Assembly: GCA_028534125.1 (NCBI GenBank)
Contig: CM052817.1
Span: forward strand, 59,398,001 to 59,462,000
DNA length: 64,000 bases
Reading direction: 5' to 3'
Origin: Lama glama
Taxonomy: Eukaryota
Shown here: in pieces, positions 27,401 through 39,808 of the stretch
How positions within the stretch are numbered: position 1 is the first letter of the stretch
Layout: each line of letters opens with the position of its first letter
Made by a program: the position numbers and the translations under genes
Notes under the pieces: generated by a model
What the model was told of the DNA's origin: nothing
Databases searched by the model: none
The model's input: the letters and a program-made list of their open reading frames with translations, nothing else

Positions 27401-28934
27401 TATTCCCTCCTCTTCAATTTTTTGAAAAAGTTTGAAAAGGATAGGTATTAGCTCTTCTTTCTATGTTTGGCAGAATTCCCTGTGATGATGTCTGGGTTCT
27501 GGACTTTTGTGCGCTGGGAGTTTTTAAATTACAAGTTGAATTTCACTACTAGTTATTAATTTGTTCAAATTATTTCTCCTTGATTCAGTTTTGTTAGGTT
27601 TTATGTCTCTAGAAATTTGTCCATTTCTTCTGTCCAATTTGTTGGCATATAACTGTTTGTAGTATTCTCTTATGATTTTTTGTATCTCTGTGGTATCAGT
27701 TGTTATGTCTCCTCTTTCGTTTCTTATTTTGTTTATTTGGGTCCCCTCTCTTTTCTTCTTGGTAAGCCTGGCTGAAGTTTTATCAGTTTTGTTTATCTTT
27801 TCAAAAACCAACTCTTGATTTCATTGGTCTTTCCAATTGTTTTCTTGAGCTCTATTTTACTTATTTTCTGTCTTATCTTTATTATTTCCTTCCCTCCACT
27901 GACTTTGAGCTTTGGTTTTGTTGTTGTTGTTTCTTCTTCTTCTTTTTCTAATTCCTTTCAGTGTTAGGTTATACTGGTTTTTTTGAGATTTTTCTTGATT
28001 CCTGAGGAAGGCCTGTATCACTATAAATTTCCTTGTTAGAACTGGTTTTGCTGCATCCCATAGATTTTGGAGTGTTGTGTTTCCATCTTCATTTGTTTGA
28101 AGATGTTTTCTAATTTCCTCTTTGATTTCTTCATTGATCCATTTTGTTGTTGTTGTGTTGTTGTCATTGTTTTAGTGGTAGCATGTTGTTTAGTTCTCCT
28201 TGTGTTTATTCTTTTCCTATTTTCTTTCTGTAACTGATTTTTAGTTTCATACCATTGTGGCTGGAAAAAAACCTGGATATAATTTATATCCTCTTACATT
28301 TGTTGAGACTTGTTTTACAGCCTAGCATGCAATCTATCCTAAAGAATGTTTCATGTGCACTCATAAAGATTGTGTATTCTGCTTTTTGGGGATGCAATGT
28401 CTTGTAGATATATAGTAATACCAACTATTAATCTATTGTGTCATTTAAGACCACTGGGGCTGGGACATACACTGAGGTGGTCATGGGAAGCACAGTAGTT
28501 GCTAGAGAAGAAGTTGCTGCTTCAAGGGCAAGCCAGAACATGTGTGGTCCTCAGGAGTGGAGTCCAGGCTTCCCACAGCCATCCTGTCAAACCCAGCAGT
28601 TCTGCAACCTCTCCCCTGCATATGACCCCAGGGCTGGAGCACCCAGTCTATGACTCTCATCACTCAATCTCCAAGGTTGCAGTCTGCTTTTGTATTTTCC
28701 CTTTTCTTCCAAGTCCCCTCCCATGAGCAAAGGTCCCAACACTATTGCTTTTCTTTTCTTCCTACTCTATTACATGTATATCTTTCTTATAGACTTAGTT
28801 ATACAAGAGTCCTTCTGCGATTTTCCAGTTAGTTTTTAGTAAGAATTGTTCCACACGTGGATGTTTTTTGATACATTCATGGGAGGAGGTGAACTCCATG
28901 TCCTCTTACCCTGCCATCTTGATCTATTCTCCCC
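24487..28934 (-). mobile_element. L1 with 5' UTR start, ORF2 3' two-thirds and 3' UTR; large internal deletion
   Basis: Track ORFs 25431, 26683, 26852 and 27524 (minus) are ORF2 pieces, including LFADDM. The 5' end reads ggggagaatagatcaagatggcag. Diverged ~26-bp TSD at 24461-24486 / 28936-28961. Confidence 0.92.
24610..25100 (+). mobile_element. Short L1 3' end nested antisense in the 3' UTR of the minus-strand L1
   Basis: gcagcaacacggatggacctagag...taactgaatcactttgcta...aataaa. The host 3' UTR continues on both sides. Confidence 0.85.
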
Positions 28935-29366
28935 ACATACCACTAACTGATTATTTTATTTAAAAAAAAGAAGTCTCAATTCAATTATTTAACTGGAAAC
29001 TAGGTAAAGACGAACAAATTAAAACAAAAGTAATCAGAAGAGAGAAAGTAATAAAGGTCAGAACAAATATAATATAGTAGAAAAAATAAGAATAGAGAAA
29101 ATAAGTAAAACCATAATTCTTCAGAAGATTAATAAAATTGATGACTTCTGAGCCAGACTAATAAGGGAAAAATAAAACAAAATAAAAGAGAGAATAATGC
29201 TTAATAATATCAGGAATAAGAGACGTGACATGACTGCTGATTCTATTGCTATTAAAAGGATAATAAGGAAATATGAACAATTTTAGTTCAGTAAATTTGA
29301 TAATTTGTATGAAAAGGACAGATTCTTTGAAAGACAAACAATGACAGATTGGTAATTAACTTTCAG

Positions 29367-30130
29367 GACTCTTATTTACATTACCTCATTCATGCTTTTT
29401 ACTTCTGGAAAGAAAAGGGTTAACGTTATCTTGCAACCTACTACCCACTCCTTTTATACATGGGAGACACCTGATGATCTTGACCAGACCTCCTTATATA
29501 CATGCTAATATTATTTGTAAGAAGGGCAGGGATACCCCTGTCTAAAAATGCTTTTTAGCAGGACATATCTGGTGTGTCTAGATAACTTATTACAAACCAG
29601 CCTATATTTATGGATTTTGCATGGATAGCTGGGAAATGGGAAATAAAATATATTGTTCTATACATGTAACTAATGAATTAGAGATAGGACTCCCCAATAA
29701 AAAATGGCTTCTTTTGTAAACAATGTTCCTGTATGCAATGTCTACAATTTGTCCGTTTATCTGAATCCAAAAACTACTTGTAATATAGGAGAATAGGACA
29801 TTTTTTGGAAGCTGTGTTTAATGAATTGGGGCTTCTCCAGAAAACTGCTATAACTGTATTTTGTTCTATCTTGTATCTTTGAAATCATTAGTAAAGTTTG
29901 ATATTGGGAAAGATGTATAACTTGCATATATCGACTAGACAATTCAGTGCTTTGTATTAACATGAGTTCACCTTGCCTACTATAGTTTTAATGTATAGAA
30001 GATATTGTGAAATGTTTTGATATTGATTGTTTATAACCTGAAATAAAACAAGAGCATCCACCTTTTTGGTCAGTGTTACATAGATACTAGACATCCATAT
30101 ACGTGCAGATGTGACACAAGTTAGCCTGTA
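29367..30130 (+). pseudogene. Candidate large decayed exon
   Basis: Acceptor taactttcag|. Reads TSFMLFTSGKKRVNVILQ; from 29882, KSLVKFDIGKDV*LAYID*TIQCFVLT*...FNV*KI (C...WKI-like, with TAG where TGG is expected). Confidence 0.4.
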
Positions 30131-30419
30131 ACATAAAATATATAATATAATGTAAACATTTTATAATATTTTTCATGTAATCTCCAACAATTTCTTTACA
30201 CAGAGTGATGTTTTATACTGTGATATATGATATATTACACCAAAATATTTACTGTGGATAAAATTTTATACATATAAAATTTCTAATCTTTAAATAATTT
30301 CAAAAGTAAGTAATTTATATTTAGCACACTATTAGTCTAGAATATTACTTTGTGGGACTTACTTTAGTATGCAAGGGATTTTTTTACGCTAACTTTTTCC
30401 CATACCCTTTTAATAGAAA

Positions 30420-31106
30420 GTTCCAATACCTGGGATTCTAGGAATTTTGTGTCATTTTGGTTCAATGCTATTCTGGATTCAGATATAACGGTGTGAAGTT
30501 TGATGCTGTTTGAAGGAACTAGGGTTCATCTTGTGTGATGCTTTGAAATTGAGAAGAAAGGGCTTTCCTATATTTGGAAGTGCCCTGGCAGTGAGAAAAG
30601 GGTAAAGAAAATCACTGCAGAATGCTGTTTGTTCAATTCAAAAAGCAGCTTGCTATTTTATGGGCCATTTTTATTCTTTGACTAGTTTCCCTGGAGAGAT
30701 TCAAATAAAGAGATTTGAAATATACCAGGTTGAAAGGCTGAATATGTCAAGAGTATGGATCACTGAAGCAAGATCTTCATCTAGCAGCTTAATTTTCTGG
30801 CTGGAGCACTTTACAAATGAATGGAGACATTCGTGGTTACTGCTGATGCCTCAGACTCCAGGAACATCAATGAGTCTCCAAGGGATTCAAAATATTTCAC
30901 CACACTGAACATCAATGGGAAGGCTCTCTTTAGCAGAACAGATGCTACAAACCTTACCAAATCTCCAAATTTCTCCTTTCAATAATGTATACTTTGTTAC
31001 ACTATACAGCATCGACGAAGATAAACAAATTGTAAACAGATTTTGTTTATCATTTTATGAAACAGCAAAACTGCTTTCCCTGTTGCATAAAGTAACTGTG
31101 CTTTAA
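30420..31106 (+). pseudogene. Candidate large decayed exon
   Basis: Frame 30606-31106 (~166 codons) has a single internal TGA at 30906-08, which joins track ORFs 30660 and 30915. It contains FWLEHFTNEWRHSWLLLM. Confidence 0.5.
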
Positions 31107-31399
31107 AACAGGCAATATTGAGCTGTGTATCCTTTGAATATTTCTACTTCATTTTAATTTTTATGTCATTAATCCTCCTATGGTGTTGAGCAGAAAGCAC
31201 AAGTGCTGAACTCTGTGGTGCTTTGCATTTGAGGTGATTCAGTAATTGTGCTATAGTTATATAAAGATCTAAAATCCTTTTTATGCAGAATTTATTGATT
31301 GACAATGAATGTACTTTCCAACTCTATCAGGGAGACCCTGAAGTGGAATAGTGGATTTGAAGTTCAATGAAATAAATTAAAAGAATATTTCTAGGTGTT

Positions 31400-32700
31400 T
31401 GCTGTCTGAGAAATAACTTTTGGCTTGCTACAGGGCCACAGGATACCACATAACATGTGACCTAAGCAGTCTCACTTGAATGAGATATACCTAGTAAACC
31501 TCACCTAAGGTTAGGCTTGCCCATCAGGCCTCTGCCATTATGCAGGGACAGGAACAGGTCCAAGCATATACTAAAGGCAAAAATAAAATAAAATCCATCT
31601 TCTCTCATACTCCATATACATCTATATCTTGCCACATTGCAGCTCCCACTTCAGGCCGTAAATATGACTTCACGAAGAGATTCCTATAACCAGCTCAAAG
31701 AGGAGGAAATAGTTGAATCCTGGCTTAGCAATGATTCTGCCTGATGTCTGCCATGAGCTATAACTGGGCTGCTACAGTATGCCTTTCCCATCCAAGAATG
31801 TCTCTTGAAGACAGTGGAGAGGGTCAGTCTTCCACATAGCAGTCCTGTCAACTTATCCTAGAAGGATGGATGGCTCATCATTGGATTTATTATGGTTGGT
31901 GTCTTAAGTTTTGACAAGATGATTCAAATAGGGACTTGAAAAGAAAAAAACTGGACATTGGATGACAAGGAGGTTTGAGAATGAAGCATGACCTGTATTT
32001 TCTGAATGAGTCTTGCCTCTGGTTTTCGTATTTATGATAGTACCTCTATCCTTGAGCACATTAAATGCCTAATGCCACATATTCTCCACAAAACATTTCT
32101 CATTTTCTAGAAAGGAAGCAGATCAGTGGCCTGATGCCTTAGCAGTTTGGGGTCTTCTAATATACTGTGTATTATACAGTTTGCTAATATAGAATAGTAG
32201 GGAATATTTATTGGATAAAAATACATTCTAGATTGCTCAGGATAGTATCTATAAACTGTTGCTTTTTCAATAATTTTCAATAGTGTCCTCTCACTCATAA
32301 AAATGTCCTTTGGATGGCATATTATGTGATACTCTATTTAGTAAACCCATTTTTGATGCACCTAGGAAGTAATATTTTATACTACCATATAAAGCAGGCT
32401 TTACTGGAAGTGTGCTGTTAACTTATACAGGCAACAATAGCCTAAATAATGGCTCTCATTCCTCAGATTAAGGTTTGGCTTAGATTACCAAAAACAGAAC
32501 CCAGACTAACAACACACCACTAACTGGTAAAGCATACCTGCAATGGGTAGTAAAGAAGGGAACTAAAAACCAGAGCCACTGCCTTGTGACCAGCTGTAGG
32601 AATAAGAACTCTATCCTTCATCAGTCTTCCATCTTGCTCTGTCATAAACATATATATATGCTTTAACTAATTTCTTTTTTCTGTCAACATTGTATAAAGA
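31400..32700 (+). mobile_element. ERVL/MaLR internal (pol-derived) fragments
   Basis: gattcctataaccagctcaaagaggaggaaa...cctggcttagcaatgattctgc...gaagacagtggagagggtcagtcttcc. Confidence 0.65.
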
Positions 32701-33039
32701 AAATGTTTAATGGTGGATCTTTTTCATGAATTAGTCCATAAATTATATAACAGAAGAAATGTTGACACAACTAGAGGAGATGCTGACATCCTGGACGTGA
32801 TGTGAATGAATCCTAAAAAATGAATGAATGAAACTAAAAAAATGAATTTCTTTAGTTTTCTTTGGAAAGGATGTTTCCATTATGTTTTGTGGGAGCCTTA
32901 TTTTTATTCTTGTTGTTTCTGTTATTTGAAGATGTAATGGTGAAAGAAAATACATATGAATAAATGTTACCACTCCAGAAAGGTGATATTGTTTTTTTAA
33001 AAACAAACATTTATTGTTTATCTAAAAGGCATTCATTCT

Positions 33040-33476
33040 CACTTTGTACAGAGGGGGTAAAAATCTGTTGAGACTTCTGCCTCCCAATATGAAAGTTGAA
33101 ATGGATTGTATATTTCTTGGCCTCTATGGAACAGCACCTGATCTAGCTTGGCTGGTAATGGTTGCTCCACCTACGTTTTGTGAATCTTGAAAAAGTTATC
33201 CAATCATCTAAGAACAAATGGATATTCATTTTAAATTGTAATACATTCCCCGGTAGCAGTATACAGCACCAGAATATTCACTGGTGGCAGCAACAGCAAA
33301 TTATCTTTCTGTCCAGGGTATTCCTGTGGTCTGATCTTGGTTACTGCTGCTACTCCTCTTTCAGCTCCCCATGGATTCTTTGAACTATCAGATACTCCTT
33401 CAATAAATCTCTTTTCTCCTTGAATTAGCCAGAGTCAGTCACTTTTTGTTTACAATCAAGAAATCTGACTGATACA
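33040..33476 (+). mobile_element. ERVL-type LTR (LTR33/41-like)
   Basis: aataaatctcttttctccttgaattagccagagtcag...tgactgataca, LTR 3' end. Confidence 0.6.
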
Positions 33477-33819
33477 CATGTGCTTTAAACATAATAAAAT
33501 ACTGATATATATACTTTTCTACTATAAACAAAAATTTCACATAGTTTTAATATAATAGCCTATGTGCAACAAAATCTAATGCTTTTAGCTGTTCAAAGTA
33601 TTAATGCAAAGAAAAATTATATTTTCCAGAAAGTCTAGTGAAAATATAAGATATGTTAATAAAACATGATATACAAGAAAGATTAATAGTACTACTGAGC
33701 TAGTCAGGATTAGAAATTAGAAGAGGGGTAATGCACCAATTCCAGGCCAGGCCCCTATGATGTTTGACACTTTCCATTTTTGCTGTCTTAATGCTGTAGG
33801 TGAACATTTAGGAAGTCAA

Positions 33820-34078
33820 TAATCCTGCTAGAGAGAGGATACCAAGCCACATTTGTTCTAGCCATCCCAGCTTAGACACCAGACATGGGAGTGTATACTC
33901 AAGCCACAGCCAAGTTTCCCGCTAAATGTACCCCAATGAGTGAGTCCAGACAACCCCAGTGGAGAAGGGCAAGCCCACTAAGCCCAACCAAACCACAGAA
34001 TGTGAGCAACGCTAAATCGTTGTTATGTTAAGGCATTAAGTTCTGTGTGGTCTGTAATACAGAAACAGATAAGTAAGA
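33820..34078 (+). mobile_element. MLT1 LTR 3' part
   Basis: ccatcccagcttagacaccagacatg...cacagaatgtgagc...gttaaggcattaagttctgtgtggtctgt. Confidence 0.7.
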
Positions 34079-35422
34079 AAGAATTTATACACTTAACCTT
34101 TATTACGACATCTGAAAAATCTAAGATAATCTCAACCTAGACATTCAGCTGGACACATAGACTTCTGTGAATTGTAATGGGATTGTTCAGTGAAACCTGG
34201 CCACAGACCCAAGGGAGAAAGAAGTCTGCTCAAGAAGGATTACAGATGTGGCATTTAGGTCATGGAATGAAACACAAGAGCAGTCATAGGAACACCCGCA
34301 AGTTGTTTGTCTTACTATTATTTAAGCATGGTATGTGTATGGGAGATGAGAGGAATGGTCAGTAATGTGTTTTTTGGTAGTTTACAGATCTTTAGCATAG
34401 TAAGACATAGTCATCAAGATAACCTTATATATATATTCTTCTATTTAATATTATAATTATATAGTTGAATTACATTAAAATAATAATACTGAAATTATAC
34501 ATTTTGCTTGTTTCAGAAATCATGACAGGAAGTGTATGGCTGTAGAGGGTTTTATCGTGTGGACTCATGAACTTTGCCATACTGCTAAAATACAAAATTC
34601 CCAAATAAATAGCTTATAGATTTTGGAGGGGAAAAAACTAGTTACTTTGGTCAAAAATTATGAGTCATTGAGAGAAGAAAAATAGTAAAGAGTGAATATA
34701 AAAAGGATAATGAAGGCAATCACTACTGACATTAATACCATAATATGAATATATAAATTTTGTCATTAACATATAATTTCCTTCTTTTATTTAATAATCT
34801 ATTTTTAGTTTGTATTCTTAATGATTTCTATTAATTTTTTCCATTTGTATTTGAACAGCTGAATTATATTCAACAGAAGTATACAATGTTAAAGTAGGTA
34901 CAATGTCTATCTTGAATTTTATAAAAACATTTTTTCATTTCTAGTGAGAATTTTATTTTTATTATCTTTAAAAAGAGGGAGACTATGTTTCTATACTTTT
35001 GTTTTTTGAGCACTGAAACTGGTATCTTCTCATGAATTCACACATGGAAAAATTAGGCCTAAAACAATTCTGTCAATTTGTAAATTTTTCATTTGAAATC
35101 TCAGGTAGCACTATTTTTGAAAAATTAAATTTATTCTTAATTCACTGTAGATATTAGATATATCAAATGTCTGATGGACACAATTTCTGCATAATAAGCT
35201 AATCAAGTTTGCAAGTTACTAATAGTACCTATTTTTATGCCTGTCAGTTTTATGCCTGCCTTTTCCCCTGAGCTGTGATAAATGTATGTAATATTACAGT
35301 TGGAAAAGCTACCTATTTCACATTCATTGGGTATTACTTTCCTTTGTAAATAATGTATCAATTTATTTACAATACTTAATATTATTATGGTTTGTGTGAC
35401 ATATATTTCTGTCTTTAATCAG

Positions 35423-35564
35423 ATATCAATCATGAGCACTAGCTCTGATCACAGAAATAGACATTTTTCTATGTGGAATACAATGGCATTTCCACAGGGA
35501 GGCATCAGTCTTCTGAAATGCTTATTTGATTGCTTTAGCCCTTAACCAGAAAACATCTGGCAAA
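35423..35564 (+). pseudogene. Candidate decayed exon (142 nt)
   Basis: Acceptor tttctgtctttaatcag|, donor aa|gtaagc. Reads TFFYVEYNGISTGRHQSSEMLI*LL*PLTRKHLA; both stops are one substitution from W or Q codons. Confidence 0.4.
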
Positions 35565-36265
35565 GTAAGCCACTGTTGCAGTACTAAATTTGAAAGTTTT
35601 TGTTTTTTAAGTTTCTTTCCATTCTGATTTTGAAAAATCATTACTTTCTCTGGAAAGTAACAGAAAAGCTATTACCATTAGTAAAGCATGATTACACATT
35701 GTGACTTTTTAAAGTATTGACCACAAGACTCAACATGAATGTAGATGCCCACACTACTGGAATAGTTATATTAGGTTTTGCTTTTCCAGCTTTTGCTAAA
35801 ATATCTTTACACTCACCAATTTAATTTTAGGTTACACAACCAGACATCCTTTCTCAAAGGCTGAAATTCTCATTTGGCCATATTTTACCCACATTGAAAA
35901 CTAATACAATATTGAATAATTTTTTCTAAAACAACAAATGCATATTTATACATCTAAATTAGTAGTGTTTGGTGTGTTTGTATTACATCTGTGTGCAAAT
36001 ATATGGTCTAATATATATTTATCTTTATCCTTTCTTTTCATGTATCTATTATTTATTTATATTATTTATCTATATTATCTATATTTCATATATAGACACA
36101 TACACACACACACTTCCAGTATTCCTTTCTGTGTATATAATGAAATAACTAATATTCATAATATTAATATAAGACATTCAATTATACTGTAAAACTATCT
36201 CTAGATGCTATTACTAATAATTATTTAACAACTAAATTAAATATATATGAAAATGTATTAGATTA

Positions 36266-36303
36266 TAATATATATGCATATATATATATATATATATATA
36301 TAT
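36266..36303. repeat. (TA)n microsatellite
   Basis: Direct reading. Confidence 0.95.
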
Positions 36304-37039
36304 TCTTTAGTATTCTTACTGAGTATGCTAGACATGAGCAAGTTGCTTAGAATCATATCAATGGCCAAAGAATTACTTTTCTGTTTTTTGGTAACATGGT
36401 CCCCAGTGACTCTATTATTAGTTCCACTGGGACCAATTTAAAACTATACAGCCCTGTCCTCATGGATTGAATAAAGCAATGTATCATTGTTTAAATGTGC
36501 TACTGAAAAATTTGGAACCCAGAGGAAAACACAGGGAGACTGAGTAAACAAAAAACAACCACCTCCCCAACCAATACTATTTTTACAAAGTTTTAGAAAC
36601 AGTTTCTTACATCTAATTTATTTATAATGTTTAAGGTATTAAAAAAACAAGGAATCACAAATTCAATTTATGTTCTTTACAGTTTTCTTTGGGAAAATAC
36701 TCAATATTTGTACCATGCGAGATATTCCACTACAGTAAACCCGAAAAAAAGGAAAGAGATTTTAAAGTATATTCAAAAGCAAGTCCTAGGACATCCAAGT
36801 TATTCTGTTAGCTGCTTTATATACATCAGACTTTTCAAGGCTCACAAGACTGAATTTAGCTGTTATTCCTATTTGACTGAAGAAGCTGAGATTCCAATGT
36901 TATTTGAATCTTTCTGACTTCAAAAATTGCAATATCTTAATGAACGTAACTTGCTCTTTTCTGCCTATCTATATCTTTGCACAATTATTGCCTTGTGCAA
37001 TTTATATACATATATTCCTTTACACACTTACTAATTAAC

Positions 37040-37350
37040 AACTGTTCAATAAATGCTAAAATGCACGTTACACAGAACTTCACTCAGCTGCCTCCTTTGC
37101 ATTATCTTTGCAGAAATATCCTCCAATATCACTCTCTGTGCCATTTAATTTTGTTCACAGAACGAACTTCTTTCTGGAGTTATCATATTTCTGTTATGTA
37201 TTTGTTTCATTTTATTGATTCATTGCATGTTCTCCACAATAGATTCTATGCAACGTGACAGCACAAGGACATGTATAATTCACTGTTGTGTACAGTGCTT
37301 GGAACAAAGTAAGTATTAATGAAATAATTGGTGACTGACAGAATGGATAA
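37040..37350 (+). mobile_element. L2 3' end
   Basis: atagattctatgcaacgtgacagcacaaggacatg...cagtgcttggaacaaagtaagtattaatgaaataattg. Confidence 0.6.
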
Positions 37351-37399
37351 AAATATGTATAAATGAGTCCTAGGAACTGTGATAAATGAAGTTAGGTTG

Positions 37400-37700
37400 T
37401 CTTTAACTCTGTAATGGTGCCTTGCTACCAGCTGGTAGACAGCAATTCTCAGGAGCTCAAATTGCATAAACCCAGAAAGTTTTAAATTAAAGGTCACCAT
37501 CTGGAATGAGATCCACACATATTTAGTTCCAAAACACTGGTTTGGGGAAATTATTATATTCCAAAGCTTTTCACTAGTTCTTAAAATTGTTTATCTTGTT
37601 TACCAAAAATTAAATGTTTTCATTGGAGACTTTTAAAAGGTCAATAACTCCATCTTATATTAATTCAAGATTTTATCAGCCCCCAAATCCTGCTTTAACT
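37400..37700 (+). pseudogene. Candidate decayed exon with REJ-like motif
   Basis: Reads SNCINPESFKLKVTIW (37457-), then after a frameshift DPHIFSSKTLVWGNYYI (37510-37560). Confidence 0.45.
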
Positions 37701-38099
37701 GTAAATAACAAAATTATGATTTAAGGAAAATACAGCCACTTTTTTTTAAAAACTAGGAATGAAATTTTAAAAATCCATCTAGTTTTAATGGTTAAACATT
37801 TCTAATCAGCATATGAATGAGCAAAATTAAATCATCTAATGAAATAAAAACATGCAAGGCTTATATTCCTTACTAACGTATAATGTGCAACAAAATTTGC
37901 AGTTATGTTACTTAATTATATATATATACACATATATTTACATTTATATAGTATTGTATCATTATTAAAATGCCATAACAACTGTTGACTCAGTTAATGT
38001 TCACTGAATACTTTAAGCTTAGTATAGCATGTTGCTACTTTATTGTGCCGTTTTGTAATGAAGAACATCAGTTTTAAGAATATTAGGTCATTTTGCTTA

Positions 38100-38440
38100 T
38101 TCCTTCTTGACAAATGTTAATTGAATGTTTTCCAGGTGCCAGAGAGTGAGCAAAGCATACATATTCCCTTTCACCCCCCTATAGTATAAACACACTCACC
38201 AATGACACAAATAAACAAAGCTGTTTTAAACAATATGACCAAAAAAGCTCTAAAGTATATATAGTTGGGGGAAACTGATCTTGCCTGAGCGTTCAGGGAA
38301 GCCTTTCTTAAGGAAGTGATATTTGAACTTTATCCTGAGGAATGGGTAGAAATTAACTGGGAAAGAGAGAATGAAATAATTCTGCTTTACAGAATGAGGA
38401 ATCAGCAAGTATAAACAGCCTAACATGGAAGAGAGCTGGT
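38100..38440 (-). mobile_element. L2 fragment
   Basis: caaatgttaattgaatgttttccaggtgccag...cagggaagcctttcttaaggaagtgatatttgaac. Confidence 0.65.
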
Positions 38441-39339
38441 ATCTAAATCTTCTAACTTATAATCCAATGTTGCTATGCAAAAACAAAGGGAGTAGTAGCA
38501 ATTCATTTATTTTAAGTAAATAAATTATTCAGCAATATAGATGACTGTCTCTATCAATAAAGATACAGGCTTAGCAATACTGTAATGAAAACCAAATAAC
38601 ATTGGTAGAAAACAGAGTGTCGTAATAGTTGTGTCAGGGACACATATATCACTGGTAATAGGAACCAATGAGCTTGCTACCTCATCTGTTTGTTCAGTGT
38701 CCTATACAAATAGCACTTTCTAACTGCAATAAGGTTAAAAAATAATGTCAAGCACTGACTCAAACAAGACAGTTTTATTTACCTCTTAAATAACAATTTA
38801 AGCACGATCAGTCCAGGGCTATTATTGCATCACCTCTGCATCAGGGATCTAGGACCACTTTATGTTCTCAAATACTTCCATAGAGCACTGCTTCTTACAA
38901 ATGGTCCAGAGGGTACATGACTATATCTGTACTTTAAATTGTTTGAAGGCTCATTCCTACCCTTTAAAAGTTGATTACATGAGTTGAACACCTCACTTCA
39001 GGCTACATTCTATTAGCCAGAAGACAGTTACTGACCATGATTTGCTTCACAGGAATCTGGGAAATAAAGTCTTTCTTTCAGGTGTACTCGTTCCTGACTG
39101 CAACCAAAGAGTTTACATTGTTAGTGGCTCATTATTCCACAAGCATTATTGAGTGGCTTTTAGGTATCAGCACTTTTCAAAGTAGAGATACATTACAGAT
39201 GTATCAATGAACAAAATTAAAGTTACTATTCTTTTTATATTCTAATGGGGAGAGAAACAAATAAACACAAAATTATGTTTATTAAGTTGTACCTTAGAAA
39301 ATTATAAGTACTATAAAAAATAGAGGAAGTAAGTTGGAC

Positions 39340-39530
39340 TGGTAGTAGTGTGCAGGTAAATGCTCTGAAAAAAGGTCCTCATTTGTAGTGTTTTCCATTC
39401 TCCATGGAGTAAATACTCCCATCACAAGCAGTTTTTAGCTACGAATGTTATGTCAACCATTTTCCAAAATTTCTAAAATATTAACAATCAACTATCATGA
39501 GCCAGTGCAAGTTGATTCCAGCATATTGGT
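39340..39530. mobile_element. hAT DNA transposon relic, MER63-like
   Basis: aaatactcccatcac...ttaacaatcaactatcatgagccagtgcaagttgattccagca. Confidence 0.5.
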
Positions 39531-39808
39531 AGAATTCAAGAAAGGTATGATTTGGGATTTTAATATGATGGTTAGGAAAAGACAGATAACACAATGACAT
39601 CTGCACTATCTGGATGTATGGGAGATGAGAGCCCCAGGAAAGGAAAGAGTCTTTGCTAAAAATTAAGGATCGAGTATTTTTTAGGAATAGTAAACAGACC
39701 AGCATGGCTGATGCCAAGTAAATAAAAGAGAGTGGTATAGGAGATGAAGTCAAAGAGAAAACAGAGATCAAATCATGTAGGGCCTTCTCAATGTTTGAAA
39801 GGGCTTTG

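Larger units (their letters stand above)
22599..29345 (+). mobile_element. Old L1M ORF1/ORF2 relic, split by a younger L1 at 24487-28934
   Basis: ORF1-like (22600-23200) and endonuclease-like sequence up to gagtgcttaggagaaata. It resumes at 28962 aaaagaagtctcaat...aataaaattgatgac. Confidence 0.8.

Noticed and set aside
30460..30700. Alternative plus frame with GLSYIWKC resembling the REJ core
   Set aside because: Lacks the LDGSxSxDPD motif and has frequent stops; treated as unproven.
29385..31010. Minus-strand exon readings (acceptors at ~30037 and ~29628; ORF 29757-29963)
   Set aside because: Many stops and no motif consistent across blocks; the plus strand has the longer near-open frame.
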